A DNA stretch of 64,000 nt. Origin: an uncultured Candidatus Entotheonella sp. (GTDB lineage: Bacteria > Tectomicrobia > Entotheonellia > Entotheonellales > Entotheonellaceae). Numbering within the stretch: the stretch's first letter is position 1; every line of letters starts with the position of its first letter. A model generated the notes under the pieces. It saw only the letters and a list, made by a program, of their open reading frames with translations, did no database searches and was not told the DNA's origin. Below are positions 21,268 through 31,699 of this stretch, one piece after another. The translations under genes and the position numbers were made by a program. Location: NCBI GenBank assembly GCA_965217185.1, contig OZ244252.1, positions 3,360,001 to 3,424,000 of the forward strand. Direction: 5' to 3'.

Positions 21268-22476
21268 ATGGCCACGACAGCCCTTGACTATGCCAGCCTG
21301 TTCGCCAAAAACGCACCCGCAGGGACGGCAGCGCCCTGGGGCGGATTTCCGACTTATAACTTCGTCGGTGGCCATAACAATCCCGAGACGATGCCCATTG
21401 AAGACTTTGTCGAATCCTCCGCCCGCGTGCTGAGGCAGGAAGGCCAAAACCTGGCAACCTACAACATGGAAAGCGGTCCCCAAGGCTACACCGGGCTGCG
21501 CGGGTTTCTCGTCGAGAAATTGGCCCATTATCGCGGCCTGCGGGCGCCCGACGAAAATATCCTGATCACTTCCGGTTCCAACCAAGGCATCGAGCTCATC
21601 AACGAAGTGCTGCTGGAACCCGGCGACACCGTCATCGCCGAGCTCTTCACGTATCAAGGCGTGGTGGGCCGGTGGCGCAAGCTGCAGGTGAACGTGGTCG
21701 GCGTTCCGCTGGACGAAGACGGCATGCGCATGGACGCCCTGGCCTCCACGCTCGCCGATCTTCACAGCAACGGCGTCAGGCCCAAATTCATCTACACCAT
21801 TCCCACCCTGCAAAATCCCACCGGCACGGTGCTCAGCATGGAACGACGCCACGAGATGCTGCGCCTCAGCCGGGAATACGGGGTGCCGATCTTCGAGGAC
21901 GAATGCTACGCCGACCTGATCTGGGAAGGCGAATGGCCGCCGGCCATTTGCGGCCTGGACGACAGCCACCACGTCCTGCACATCGGCTCCTTCTCCAAGT
22001 CCCTGTCGCCCGCCCTGCGCCTCGGCTACGTCGTGGCGCCATGGCCGGTGCTGAGCCGCATGCTGGCTTGCAAGACGGATGGCGGAACCGGCGCGCTGGG
22101 GCAGATGGTGGTAGCGGACTTTTTCCAGAACCATTACGAGGAGCACATGGACAAGCTGCGGACAAGCCTGAAGGTCCGGCTGCAGACGCTGACCGACGCC
22201 CTCGTCGAGCACTTCGGCTCGTCCGTCGAATTCCATTCGCCGCGCGGCGGCATGTTCCTGTGGGTCAAATTTCCGCCGGAGGTGGACACCCTGAAGCTGG
22301 CAGGGCCGGCACTGGAGGCGGGCATTGCATACAATCCCGGACCCGAGTGGGCCGTGGAGCCCGACGCGGCGCGCAACTACCTGAGGCTGTGTTACGCCCT
22401 GCCGTCCGAGCAATTCATCAGGGATGGGATTGCCAAGCTGGCGCAAGTTTTCCGGCGGGAGGCGGGTATCCCCTGA
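21268..22476 (+). CDS. PLP-dependent aminotransferase (2-aminoadipate transaminase/MocR-like, no HTH)
   Basis: ITSGSNQG, YTIPTLQNPTG, FEDECY, GSFSKSLSPALRLG, GGMFLW. Confidence 0.9.
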   Translation: MATTALDYASLFAKNAPAGTAAPWGGFPTYNFVGGHNNPETMPIEDFVESSARVLRQEGQNLATYNMESGPQGYTGLRGFLVEKLAHYRGLRAPDENILITSGSNQGIELINEVLLEPGDTVIAELFTYQGVVGRWRKLQVNVVGVPLDEDGMRMDALASTLADLHSNGVRPKFIYTIPTLQNPTGTVLSMERRHEMLRLSREYGVPIFEDECYADLIWEGEWPPAICGLDDSHHVLHIGSFSKSLSPALRLGYVVAPWPVLSRMLACKTDGGTGALGQMVVADFFQNHYEEHMDKLRTSLKVRLQTLTDALVEHFGSSVEFHSPRGGMFLWVKFPPEVDTLKLAGPALEAGIAYNPGPEWAVEPDAARNYLRLCYALPSEQFIRDGIAKLAQVFRREAGIP

Positions 22477-22514
22477 CGGCACGCACCGGCGACGCGTGCC
22501 GCAGGTCGCCGAGG

Positions 22515-22922
22515 CTATTCGTAGATCATCCATTCCAGCAAGTTGTCATCCGGGTCGCGGGCATAGAGGCTCAAGGACGGCGTTTTGCCGCGCCCGCGCC
22601 CACCCGAGCGCGGCACCGGGCCTTCGATGATCGTGACGTCCGCTTCTTCCAGCATGCGTTGGCAATCGGTCACGCTGCCTTCCCACACGAAGCAAATGTC
22701 CGTGCAGCCGGGCACCGCTGTCGGGCCTCGCAGCCCGGCGGTAAACCCTTCGGGGTGCACGTTGATTTTCGCATCTCCCACCTGGATCGAGAAAATCGGC
22801 ATTGTGCCGGCTCGCCATTCCGCCTCGTTGTTGATGGGAAAACCAAGACGCTTGTAAAACGCGAGCAATGCCTCGGCGTTCGCTGTCGGCATGGCGATAT
22901 GATCGATTCCAACGGTCGCCAT
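22515..22922 (-). CDS. VOC/glyoxalase-family protein
   Basis: GIDHIA, FYKRLG, PGCTDICF, EGPVPRSG, SLYARDPDDNLLE. Confidence 0.9.
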   Translation of the reverse strand: MATVGIDHIAMPTANAEALLAFYKRLGFPINNEAEWRAGTMPIFSIQVGDAKINVHPEGFTAGLRGPTAVPGCTDICFVWEGSVTDCQRMLEEADVTIIEGPVPRSGGRGRGKTPSLSLYARDPDDNLLEWMIYE

Positions 22923-22963
22923 TGAAGTCCCCCTTTACTGTGTCGCCTGATCGATTGAAGGCG

Positions 22964-25900
22964 TTACGTCAGAGCCGCCAAGGCCACTTCCACGTTGTTC
23001 ATCTGTTCCTCACATGTCGCCAAGCGGTCGCGCTCTTTCTGCACGACTTCCGGACTCGCCTTGCTGAGAAATTGCTCGTTCGCTAGCTTGCGCTGCGAGC
23101 CGGTGATGCGGCCAAGAAGCTGATCCCGCTGCTTGGTCAAACGGTCGCGCTCTTTTGTTATGTCAATCACACCCGGCACATAAACTTCTACACTGCCCAC
23201 CACGGCGGTGGCGGCATCCGGGGTGCGCTGCACGTCGGGCGCGATGTCGACGGCGTCAAGGCGCGCCATGTTCACGAGCAGGCCGGTCACGCCGCGTAGC
23301 GTCTCGGCGTCTGCGTAATTGGCCCGGATGAGGGCGGAGACTCTAGCCTGCGGCGGGATCGTATATCTGCTGCGCAGGTCGCGAATGCCGCGCACGACTT
23401 CCTGCAGAAACGCGACGCGCGCCTCGATAGCGGCGTCCCGCCAAGCCGTTTTCGGGATGGGCCAGGGCGCATGGATGAGCAGCGGCGAGACCGCCAACGG
23501 CTCGTCGATGCCGCGCTCCGGCGCCTGCTCGTTGAGGGCTTCCCAGAGGCGCTCGGTCAGGTACGGCACAAACGGGTGAAAGAGACGCAACACCTGATCG
23601 ATAGCCACCGCCAGGACCTGCTGCGCAACGCCGGCCTGAGCGGTATCACGCAAGCGCGGCTTGATGAATTCGAGGTACCAATCGCACAACTCGTTCCAGA
23701 AGAAATCCCGGGCTGCCCACAGCGCGGCCGCTGGGTTATAGGAAGACAAGTGGCCGTGCACTGTTTCGACCGCGTGGGAAAGCCGCGACAGAATCCAGCG
23801 GTCCTCGATGGCAAGGTCACCGGCCTGTATGGGCTGAAAAGCAGCATCGGTCAGATTCATGAGAGCAAAGCGCACGGCGTTCAATAGCTTGTTGCAGAAA
23901 TTACGTCCCACCTCGAATCGCTCGCTCACCAGCCTGGCCGCCGGCACGTCGGGCATGGTGCCGAGAACGTCGAACTCCTTCCCCGTCGCCGGACACAGGT
24001 AGGTGAAGATGCTCTGCCCGTGCTGCGCCGTGGCTAGGTCGATAAGGTCACCCGTATACGGCGAAATCGCCTGCACCGGCAGGCGGATGTCCTGCATACC
24101 GGTCTGCATGTCGCACAGCACGTAGCGCATGGCGTCGGCACCGTAGCGGTCGATGATGTCCACGGGGTCGATGCCGTTGCCTTTGGACTTGCTCATGCGT
24201 TCGCCCTTGCCGTCGAGGATGTTGGCGTGGATGAACACGTCGGTGAACGGCACGTCGCCCATGTTGTAAAGGCCCATGATGACCATGCGGGCCACCCACA
24301 GGGTGATGATGTCGCGCCCGGTGACCAGACATGAGCCGGGGTAGTAATAGGACAGGGTGTCGGGAAAGCCGTTCTGGCTTCGCATGGGCGGTTGGCCTGC
24401 GTTGCCCACAGCGGTTTCCGGGTCGGGCCATCCGAGGGTGCTTTGCGGCCATAAACCGCTGGAAAACCAGGTGTCAAGCACGTCCGGGTCCTGCGTCAGA
24501 CCCTGATCGGCGCATGTCTGGGCCAACGCCGTCTCAGCTTCGAGGTCTCGCAGGCAAGCCATGACTTCCACTTCGCTGCCCGCGGCGAAGGATTTGGGTA
24601 GATCGCGTGCGTCGTCGGCAGTTTGCAGCACGACGTTCGCCCCGTTGGCATCGACCAGGCACAAGCACAGGTCGCCCCGCTCGAGGTGCGGGGTGAGGGC
24701 GCTCAAAACATCTTGCAGGGCGCTGCCCGCGAACGTGCCGGCCCACACCGGAATGCGATGCCCCCACCAAAGCTGGCGGCTGATGCACCAATCCCGCTTT
24801 TCGCCCAGCCATTGCAGGTACGTGTTGCCGTAGCGTACCGGGTCGGGATGGAAGCTGACGTTGCGGCCGGTGGGCGAGCGCCAGTCGCCCTGCGCCGCAT
24901 CCATCGCCGCCTGCGCCAGACCCGGCGCCACAAAGGCGTTCGGCGTACCGCGTCCGCAGACAATACCGCCGTCAACATCCCCCATTTTGACGAACCACTG
25001 CCTGGAGAGGTACGGCTCGATCGGCGTCTTGGAACGATCCGAGTGGCCAATCTCGATGTCGCGCGCCTCCCTGGCTTCCAGCAGATCGCGCGCCTGCAAA
25101 TCCGCCACCACGCGCTCGCGAGCCGCGAAGCGGTCCAGCCCCGCATAGGGTCCGGCGTTGGCGTTCAGGGTGCCGTCTTCATTGAGGATGTTGATGCGGT
25201 CGATTGCGTGCTGGTGCCGCGTCCACACATCATAGTCGTTCGGGTCGTGCGCCGGGGTGATCTTCACGCAGCCGCTGCCGAGCTCGGGTTTGGCCCACTC
25301 GTCGCAAACCAGCGGTATGGGGCGGTCCAGCAGGGGCAGGCGCACCTGGCGACCCTCCCGAGCCATGCGAACCAGGGCGAGCAGCGTCGGCAGGTGGCTG
25401 GCCTGCCGCTCTTCGAGTCGCGCCACCTCCGCCGTCAGGGCGGCCTGCTCGCGTGGCGGCGCCTGCGCCAGGCGGTGCTGCGTCTCGGTAATGCGGGCCG
25501 CGAGAACGCCCGCCGGGTCGGGATGACAGGCCACCGCGGTGTCGCCGAGCATGGTCTCTGGGCGCGTCGTGGCTACCACCACATGGGTCGGCTCGCCCGG
25601 CTGCGGATTCACAATCGGGTACCGCAGATAGTAGAAATGGCCTTGCACGGTCTCATAAACAATCTCGTCATCGGCGACGGCTGTTTGGAGTTGACAGTCC
25701 CAATTGACCAATCGATGACCACGGAAAATCAGGCCGTCTCGGAACATCGCAAAGAACGTCCAGCGCACGGCATGCGCGCACACCGGGTCCATGGTGAAGC
25801 GCTGGCGGTCCCAGTCGCACGAGCAGCCCATGCTCTGCTGTTGCCGGACGATGCGTTTCTGGTACTGATCTTTCCATTCCCAAATGCGTTTTTCCAGCCC

Positions 25901-26236
25901 GGCGCGGCCCACGTCGTGGCGCGTCCTGCCCTCCAATTCCAGAAGACGCTTCTCCACGACGGCCTGGGTAGCGATGCCGGCGTGGTCGGTGCCGGGCATC
26001 CACAGCGCGTTGTCGCCCATCATACGGTGCCAGCGAGTCAGCAGGTCCTGCATGACGTTGTCCATGGCATGACCCATGTGCAGGGCGCCGGTGACGTTGG
26101 GCAACGGCATCATGATGACGTAAGGATTCGGGTTGTCATCCGGGAATGCTGCAAACGCCTTGTCATTCAGCCAGCGGTCGAAGATATGCTTTTCGATCTC
26201 CGCGGGCTCGTATTGCTTGGGTAGCTCACTGGGCAT
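22964..26236 (-). CDS. valS: Valyl-tRNA synthetase (long, 1090 aa, with insertions)
   Basis: PNVTGALHMGH, GTDHAGIATQ, ATTRPET, KITPAHD, DWCISRQLWWGH, DVLDTWFSS, RMSKSKGN, C-terminal coiled coil. Confidence 0.97.
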   Translation of the reverse strand: MPSELPKQYEPAEIEKHIFDRWLNDKAFAAFPDDNPNPYVIMMPLPNVTGALHMGHAMDNVMQDLLTRWHRMMGDNALWMPGTDHAGIATQAVVEKRLLELEGRTRHDVGRAGLEKRIWEWKDQYQKRIVRQQQSMGCSCDWDRQRFTMDPVCAHAVRWTFFAMFRDGLIFRGHRLVNWDCQLQTAVADDEIVYETVQGHFYYLRYPIVNPQPGEPTHVVVATTRPETMLGDTAVACHPDPAGVLAARITETQHRLAQAPPREQAALTAEVARLEERQASHLPTLLALVRMAREGRQVRLPLLDRPIPLVCDEWAKPELGSGCVKITPAHDPNDYDVWTRHQHAIDRINILNEDGTLNANAGPYAGLDRFAARERVVADLQARDLLEAREARDIEIGHSDRSKTPIEPYLSRQWFVKMGDVDGGIVCGRGTPNAFVAPGLAQAAMDAAQGDWRSPTGRNVSFHPDPVRYGNTYLQWLGEKRDWCISRQLWWGHRIPVWAGTFAGSALQDVLSALTPHLERGDLCLCLVDANGANVVLQTADDARDLPKSFAAGSEVEVMACLRDLEAETALAQTCADQGLTQDPDVLDTWFSSGLWPQSTLGWPDPETAVGNAGQPPMRSQNGFPDTLSYYYPGSCLVTGRDIITLWVARMVIMGLYNMGDVPFTDVFIHANILDGKGERMSKSKGNGIDPVDIIDRYGADAMRYVLCDMQTGMQDIRLPVQAISPYTGDLIDLATAQHGQSIFTYLCPATGKEFDVLGTMPDVPAARLVSERFEVGRNFCNKLLNAVRFALMNLTDAAFQPIQAGDLAIEDRWILSRLSHAVETVHGHLSSYNPAAALWAARDFFWNELCDWYLEFIKPRLRDTAQAGVAQQVLAVAIDQVLRLFHPFVPYLTERLWEALNEQAPERGIDEPLAVSPLLIHAPWPIPKTAWRDAAIEARVAFLQEVVRGIRDLRSRYTIPPQARVSALIRANYADAETLRGVTGLLVNMARLDAVDIAPDVQRTPDAATAVVGSVEVYVPGVIDITKERDRLTKQRDQLLGRITGSQRKLANEQFLSKASPEVVQKERDRLATCEEQMNNVEVALAALT

Positions 26237-26539
26237 GGAACCGCCTTCCTTAGAGGTTGAAAACCGTAGTGGAGCTTGGCTGGATCACCTGCTGGCGGTC
26301 GCCGGCAGGTCTGTCGGGGCTGGAAAGCCGGGGCATTCTAGCCTTGCCGAAACGAGTACGCAACTCGCCAGAGCCTCCCGGGACGGCGTTAATGAGGTCT
26401 TTGCCAGCGGCTTGCAGTGTATATATGAATGTGCAACACTTGCCGCTTAGTTTTACATTTTGGTCAGTGGGCAACCCCCCTCGGTTATAGGCGCCTTGGC
26501 GTCGAATCGCTGTGGGGCGCGGTTTCGCCGAATGTCGAA

Positions 26540-26614
26540 GGTGGGCGTAGCTCAGCATGGTAGAGCACTGGATTGTGGCTCCAGTGGTCGTGGGTTCAAA
26601 TCCCATCGCTCACC
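26540..26614 (+). tRNA. tRNA-His(GTG), with encoded G-1
   Basis: Acceptor GTGGGCG/CGCTCAC, anticodon arm CTGGA-TTGTGGC-TCCAG, GGTTCAAATC, discriminator C. Confidence 0.95.
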
Positions 26615-26717
26615 TTCAACCAACGTACTTTTGCTCCTCAAGGCGTGCGCAGAGGCGTATTGGCAGGGTCGGGCCGCATTGCGGGATGCGGCGCCCAGCG
26701 AGTCGAAAACAAGAACT

Positions 26718-26790
26718 GGGCCGCTAGCTCAACTGGTAGAGCAACGGACTCTTAATCCGTCGGTTGAAGGTTCGATTCCTTCGCGGCTCA
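26718..26790 (+). tRNA. tRNA-Lys(CTT)
   Basis: Acceptor GGGCCGC/GCGGCTC, anticodon arm ACGGA-CTCTTAA-TCCGT, GGTTCGATTC. Confidence 0.95.
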
Positions 26791-26795
26791 TCATC

Positions 26796-26879
26796 GGCTG
26801 CCTGGTGAAATTGGTAGACACGCTGGCCTTAGGAGCCAGTACCCTCACAGGTGTCCGAGTTCGAGTCTCGGGGCAGCCA
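26796..26879 (+). tRNA. tRNA-Leu(TAG)
   Basis: Acceptor GGCTGCC/GGCAGCC, anticodon arm CTGGC-CTTAGGA-GCCAG, long variable arm, T-arm CCGAG-TTCGAGT-CTCGG. Confidence 0.93.
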
Positions 26880-26931
26880 TTCCAAGACACCCGCGCAGAG
26901 AGGGCAAGCGAGTCATTGGGAATATCCAGCG

Positions 26932-28266
26932 ATGAAAGTTGAGGTCGAGCAGACAAAGCCTTGCGAACGGCGTTTAACGATCGAAATGCCGGCGGAGCGG
27001 GTCCAGCGAGAAATGAACGCGATATACGGGGGCCTTCAAAAGCGCGTCAAAGTCCCCGGCTTTCGGCAGGGCAAGGTTCCCCGGTCCATCTTGGAAAATC
27101 ACTATCACCACAGCGTCGAACAGGAAATCCTGCAGAAGCTGATTCCCGAAGCGCTTTCCGAAGCCATGACGCAAGAGAACTTGCAAGCGGTTGGCGAGCC
27201 GCAGATCGACCACGTCGACTTGGCCAAAGACCGCCCCTTCCAGTTCGTGGCAACCACGCAAATTATCCCCGAAATCGTGCTGTCCGATTACAGTTCCTGG
27301 ACCTTCACCCGGCATGTCCCGCCCGTTACGGATGAGCAGCTCGAACAGGCGATGCAGCAATTGCGCGAACGTCATGCGGAGTTGCGCACGGTGAGTGGCC
27401 GGGCTGTGCGTGAACACGACTTTGTGATCGCCAACTATCAGGGTTCTTTTGAGGGTTCTGACATTCCCGCCATACACGGCACCAACGCGACGCTGGAAGT
27501 AGGCGCTGGCCAGGTGCTGCCGGAGATCGAGCAAGGGGTTTTCGGGATGATGGAAGGCGAGGAAAAGAACATCCCGATTACGCTCCCCGAAGATTACCGA
27601 GACGCCGCCTTGGCGGGCAAAATCATTGAAATTCGCCTCACGGTTGTTGAACTCAAAGAGAAAGTCTTGCCGGACTTGGATGACGAATTTGCGCGCGCCT
27701 ACGAAGACGCCGACTCGTTGGACTTCTTGCGAGAGCGTCTGCGGTCCGATGTCGAAACCGCCATCGGCGAGCGCGCCGACACCGAAGTGCGGGCGGACGT
27801 TCTCAAACGGTTGGTGGACGAAAACGCATTCGACGTGCCGGAGGTTCTCGTGCATGACCAGATGCGCCGAGCCTATCTGCAAGGAATGCACGCCGTAAAG
27901 GGCGGACAATTGGACGAGGCCGATTTCAACGTGGACGTGGCGGCTTTGGATGAAACGTTTAGCACGCAGGCGCGCGAGGTGGTGCGCGGGCAGTTGATTT
28001 TGCGGCATATCGGCGCCCAGGCTGGCATCACTGTCACGCCAGAAGAAGTGGATGCCGAGATTGCCAGACTGGCGAGCCGCATAGCGCAAAATCCGGAGGC
28101 CCTGAAGCAGACGCTGCAGCGTAATGGCACCCTAAATGGTATCGAAAGCGGCCTGCGGGACGATAAAATCTTCGCGGCCATCCTGGCCGACGTGCAGGTG
28201 TCCGACAGTACCGCCGAACGGGAAACCATGACGGAAACGTCAGAGGCGTCGCCGTCAGAGGCTTAG
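26932..28266 (+). CDS. tig: Trigger factor
   Basis: [10 protein letters not shown] ribosome-binding motif, LPDLDDEFA; lies upstream of clpP-clpX. Confidence 0.95.
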   Translation: MKVEVEQTKPCERRLTIEMPAERVQREMNAIYGGLQKRVKVPGFRQGKVPRSILENHYHHSVEQEILQKLIPEALSEAMTQENLQAVGEPQIDHVDLAKDRPFQFVATTQIIPEIVLSDYSSWTFTRHVPPVTDEQLEQAMQQLRERHAELRTVSGRAVREHDFVIANYQGSFEGSDIPAIHGTNATLEVGAGQVLPEIEQGVFGMMEGEEKNIPITLPEDYRDAALAGKIIEIRLTVVELKEKVLPDLDDEFARAYEDADSLDFLRERLRSDVETAIGERADTEVRADVLKRLVDENAFDVPEVLVHDQMRRAYLQGMHAVKGGQLDEADFNVDVAALDETFSTQAREVVRGQLILRHIGAQAGITVTPEEVDAEIARLASRIAQNPEALKQTLQRNGTLNGIESGLRDDKIFAAILADVQVSDSTAERETMTETSEASPSEA

Positions 28267-28307
28267 CCGACGCGGGGACGTTTGCAAACAGGAGGCAAGG
28301 GAAGTAC

Positions 28308-28946
28308 ATGGCGTTGATACCAATGGTAGTCGAACAGACCAATCGCGGCGAGCGCGCGTATGACATTTACTCGCGGCTCCTCAAGGATCGCATCATTTTC
28401 ATTGGCTCTCCGATTAATGACGTGATCGCGAATCTCATCATTGCGCAGTTGCTCTTTTTGGAAGCAGACGACCCCGATCAGGACATCGCCTTTTACATCA
28501 ACAGCCCCGGGGGTTCGGTCACGGCGGGTTTGGCCATCTACGATACCATGCAATACATCCGGCCCGACGTGTCCACCATTTGCATCGGCATGGCGGCCAG
28601 CGCTGCGGCCCTGCTGCTGACGGCCGGATGCACAGGTAAGCGGTATGCCCTGCCGCATTCGACCGTCATGATTCACCAGCCCATGGGAGGCATGCAGGGC
28701 CAAGCCACCGACATTGAGATCCACGCCCGCGAGATTCTTCGTGTGCGCAGCGTGCTCAACGACATTCTGGTGCGCCACACGGGACAGCCGCAGAGCAAGA
28801 TTGAGGAAGATACCGACAGGGATCGCTTTATGACGCCGGATGAGGCACGGGTCTATGGGCTCATCGACGAGGTGATCGTAGCGCGCAACGGCAAGTCGGT
28901 AGCGCTGCCCGACGGCACGGCGGACAATTCGGATTCGGCCTCCTAG
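28308..28946 (+). CDS. clpP: ATP-dependent Clp protease proteolytic subunit
   Basis: [34 protein letters not shown]. Confidence 0.98.
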   Translation: MALIPMVVEQTNRGERAYDIYSRLLKDRIIFIGSPINDVIANLIIAQLLFLEADDPDQDIAFYINSPGGSVTAGLAIYDTMQYIRPDVSTICIGMAASAAALLLTAGCTGKRYALPHSTVMIHQPMGGMQGQATDIEIHAREILRVRSVLNDILVRHTGQPQSKIEEDTDRDRFMTPDEARVYGLIDEVIVARNGKSVALPDGTADNSDSAS

Positions 28947-28986
28947 AGGCCGGCTGCACGATATTCCATGGCATTGGAGGGCGCTG

Positions 28987-30225
28987 ATGTCACGCAAAGA
29001 CACGCAGGGCGACAAGCTGCGGTGCTCGTTTTGTGGCAAGAATCAGGACGAGGTGAGGCGACTCATCGCCGGCCCGACCGTGTATATCTGTGACGAATGC
29101 ATTGATCTCTGCAACGACATCATCCTCGAAGAAGGGACAAACGAAAAGGCTGCAGTCATGCAGCACTTGTTGACTCCCAAGGAGATCAATCAGCGGCTCG
29201 ACGAATACATCATCGGCCAAGTGCATGCCAAGAAAGTGCTTTCGGTGGCGGTTTACAACCACTACAAACGCACCGAGGCGAACGCGGGTTCGGATGGCGT
29301 TGAGTTGCAGAAAAGCAACGTGCTGCTCATCGGTCCGACCGGTTCCGGCAAGACATTGTTGGCGCAAACGCTGGCCCGTATTCTGGATGTGCCGTTCACC
29401 ATTGCGGATGCCACCACGCTGACCGAAGCGGGCTACGTGGGGGAAGACGTCGAGAACATTATCCTGCGCTTGTTGCAGACAGCCGATTACGATGTGGAAC
29501 GTGCCGAGCGGGGCATTATCTACATTGACGAGATCGACAAGATCAGCCGCAAGGCCGAAAACCCTTCCATCACGCGCGATGTCTCCGGCGAGGGCGTGCA
29601 ACAGGCCCTGTTGAAGATCATTGAAGGCACCATAGCCAGCGTGCCCCCGCAGGGCGGCCGCAAACACCCACATCAGGAATTTCTGCAGGTCGATACCACG
29701 AATATCCTTTTTGTCTGCGGCGGCGCGTTTCACGGGCTGGAAAAGATCATTGAGCAGCGCATGAGGAAACGCACCATGGGTTTTGAAGCCCAGCTTTATT
29801 CCAGGAATGACGAACCGCTGGGTGAAATCCTGTCGCGTGTGCAGCCCGAGGACCTGCTCAAGAATGGGCTCATCCCGGAATTCGTGGGCCGCCTGCCCAT
29901 TGTGGCGACGCTTGAGGAACTCACCGAGGACGACTTCGTGTGTATTCTCACGACTCCTAAGAACGCCCTCGTCCGGCAATATCAGAAGTATTTCGATTTT
30001 GAAAAGGTGGCCCTCACGTTTACCGACGACGCGCTCCGGGCTATCGCCCAAGAAGCGTTGCGCCGCAAGACCGGCGCCCGCGGGCTGCGGTCAATCCTGG
30101 AAGAAGTGATGCTTGATACAATGTATGAACTACCTTCCCGGCACGACATTCAGGAGTGCACGATCACCCACGATGTGGTCACGAAACGTCAGCAGCCGGC
30201 GCTATTTTTCAAGCAGGCCAGCTAG
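28987..30225 (+). CDS. clpX: Clp protease ATP-binding subunit ClpX
   Basis: CSFCGK zinc domain, [36 protein letters not shown]. Confidence 0.98.
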   Translation: MSRKDTQGDKLRCSFCGKNQDEVRRLIAGPTVYICDECIDLCNDIILEEGTNEKAAVMQHLLTPKEINQRLDEYIIGQVHAKKVLSVAVYNHYKRTEANAGSDGVELQKSNVLLIGPTGSGKTLLAQTLARILDVPFTIADATTLTEAGYVGEDVENIILRLLQTADYDVERAERGIIYIDEIDKISRKAENPSITRDVSGEGVQQALLKIIEGTIASVPPQGGRKHPHQEFLQVDTTNILFVCGGAFHGLEKIIEQRMRKRTMGFEAQLYSRNDEPLGEILSRVQPEDLLKNGLIPEFVGRLPIVATLEELTEDDFVCILTTPKNALVRQYQKYFDFEKVALTFTDDALRAIAQEALRRKTGARGLRSILEEVMLDTMYELPSRHDIQECTITHDVVTKRQQPALFFKQAS

Positions 30226-30257
30226 CTTGCAGCCCTTCACGGGCGCCACGTTTTCGC

Positions 30258-30286
30258 TTGACAAGCATTTTTGCCAACGGTACTCT
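30258..30286 (+). promoter_or_regulatory. Sigma70 promoter for tRNA-Val / infC operon
   Basis: TTGACA-17 nt-TACTCT. Confidence 0.75.
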
Positions 30287-30300
30287 CAGCCGCTTTTCAT

Positions 30301-30372
30301 AGGCACGTAGCTCAGGGGGAGAGCGCTTGCTTGACGCGCAAGAGGTCGGCGGTTCGAAACCGCCCGTGCCTA
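30301..30372 (+). tRNA. tRNA-Val(GAC)
   Basis: Acceptor AGGCACG/CGTGCCT, anticodon arm CTTGC-TTGACGC-GCAAG, GGTTCGAAAC. Confidence 0.95.
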
Positions 30373-30416
30373 TTCCGAAACACACAGTTTTCAAACAGTG
30401 CGCGTCGTAAAGAGGG

Positions 30417-30473
30417 AGAAGATGCGTTGGAGGGGTCGCGGGCCGGCTAGGCAAGTGGGCCAAGGCATCTTCT
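30417..30473 (+). promoter_or_regulatory. Structured leader upstream of infC (candidate L20-type ribosomal leader)
   Basis: AGAAGATGC-G-TTGG pairs with CCAA-G-GCATCTTCT; lies before infC-rpmI-rplT. Confidence 0.4.
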
Positions 30474-30506
30474 AATTATGTACTTCGGTCTTAGGAGTAG
30501 GTCGCT

Positions 30507-31019
30507 ATATCTAAGCAGCAACGCATTAATAGGATGATTCGGGTTCCAGAGGTTCGCGTCATCGGTCAGGAAGGTGCCCAATTGGGTATTATATTGACGT
30601 CGGACGCCTTGCAGATGGCTGAAGAGCAAGGTTTGGATCTGGTCGAAGTTGCCCCAAACGAAAAGCCGCCTGTCTGCCGAATCATGGATTACGGCAAATA
30701 CAAATACCAGCAGAGTAAACGTCACCAGCAGGCTAAGAAAAAGCAAAAAGTCATTCTCGTAAAAGAAATCAAGCTGCGGCCGAAGACCGAAGAGCATGAC
30801 TATAACTTCAAAAGTCAACACGTACGGCGTTTCCTTCAGGACGGACACAAGGCGAAAGTCACCATCGTTTTTCGGGGCCGCGAGATGGCCCATACCGAGT
30901 TGGGCCGGCGCATACTGGACCGTATGGCCGGAGAACTAGAGGACGTAAGCACCATCGAGCAAATACCCAAGCAGGAAGGCCGCAGTCTGGCGATGGTTCT
31001 GAGCCCGCGGTCGTCCTGA
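30507..31019 (+). CDS. infC: Translation initiation factor IF-3 (probable non-canonical ATA start)
   Basis: RINRMIRVPEVRVI, DLVEVAP, PPVCRIMDYGK, KEIKLRP, FRGRE; AGGAG precedes the in-frame ATA at 30507. Confidence 0.95.
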   Translation: MSKQQRINRMIRVPEVRVIGQEGAQLGIILTSDALQMAEEQGLDLVEVAPNEKPPVCRIMDYGKYKYQQSKRHQQAKKKQKVILVKEIKLRPKTEEHDYNFKSQHVRRFLQDGHKAKVTIVFRGREMAHTELGRRILDRMAGELEDVSTIEQIPKQEGRSLAMVLSPRSS

Positions 31020-31056
31020 ACACTCGATGGTGTTTTGTCATTTGAGGGATGAGTTA

Positions 31057-31251
31057 ATGCCAAAGATGAAGAGCAATCGAAGCGCCAGAAAACGCTTCAC
31101 TTTCACCGCGCAGGGTAGTATACGACGCGCTCACGCCTTTAAGCGGCACAAACTGGGCATAAAGACGCGCAAACGCAAACGTGGTCTGCGTCAATCCACT
31201 CTGGTATCCGCTGCCGACAGCGGGCGTATGAAACGCCTCCTTCTCGTTTGA
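31057..31251 (+). CDS. rpmI: 50S ribosomal protein L35
   Basis: MPKMKSNRSARKRF; between infC and rplT. Confidence 0.95.
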   Translation: MPKMKSNRSARKRFTFTAQGSIRRAHAFKRHKLGIKTRKRKRGLRQSTLVSAADSGRMKRLLLV

Positions 31252-31285
31252 GTTTCCTTCACCGTTACAAGACAGGAAAAGAATC

Positions 31286-31642
31286 ATGCCACGAGCAACA
31301 AGTGGTTCAGTCACGCATCGGCGCCACAAGCGTATATTGCAACACGCAAAGGGCAATCGGGGCGGTCGTGGTAATTTGTACCGGCGAGCTCGCGAGACAG
31401 TCGAGCGCGGTTGGAAGTTTGCCTATCGTGATCGAAAGGCTCGCAAGAGAGATTTTCGCCGATTGTGGATTATCCGTATCAACGCCGCAGCACGCATGCA
31501 CGGGTTGACCTACAGCAAGTTCATGTCAGGTCTCAAGCTGGCCAATGTCGATCTCGACCGCCGGGTATTGGCATCAGTGGCCATGCACGAGCCCGAAGCG
31601 TTTGCCGAGGTGGCGGCGCTTGCCAAAAAACACCTGTCCTGA
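31286..31642 (+). CDS. rplT: 50S ribosomal protein L20
   Basis: AYRDRKARKRDFRRLWIIRINAAAR, YSKFM. Confidence 0.97.
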   Translation: MPRATSGSVTHRRHKRILQHAKGNRGGRGNLYRRARETVERGWKFAYRDRKARKRDFRRLWIIRINAAARMHGLTYSKFMSGLKLANVDLDRRVLASVAMHEPEAFAEVAALAKKHLS

Positions 31643-31699
31643 GGGACAAAGGCTGGCCGAATCACAAGGCGCCGGCTTTGTGACGCTTGAGGCTCCCGG

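Noticed and set aside
26237..26539. T-box leader upstream of valS
   Set aside because: No T-box consensus or terminator seen; only a loose hairpin near 26406-26448 in a divergent promoter region
26250..26956. ORFs overlapping the tRNA cluster
   Set aside because: They are translations of tRNA genes
31662..31683. Hairpin after rplT as an intrinsic terminator
   Set aside because: The stem TCACAAGGC/GCTTTGTGA has no U-tract, so it is not called a terminator
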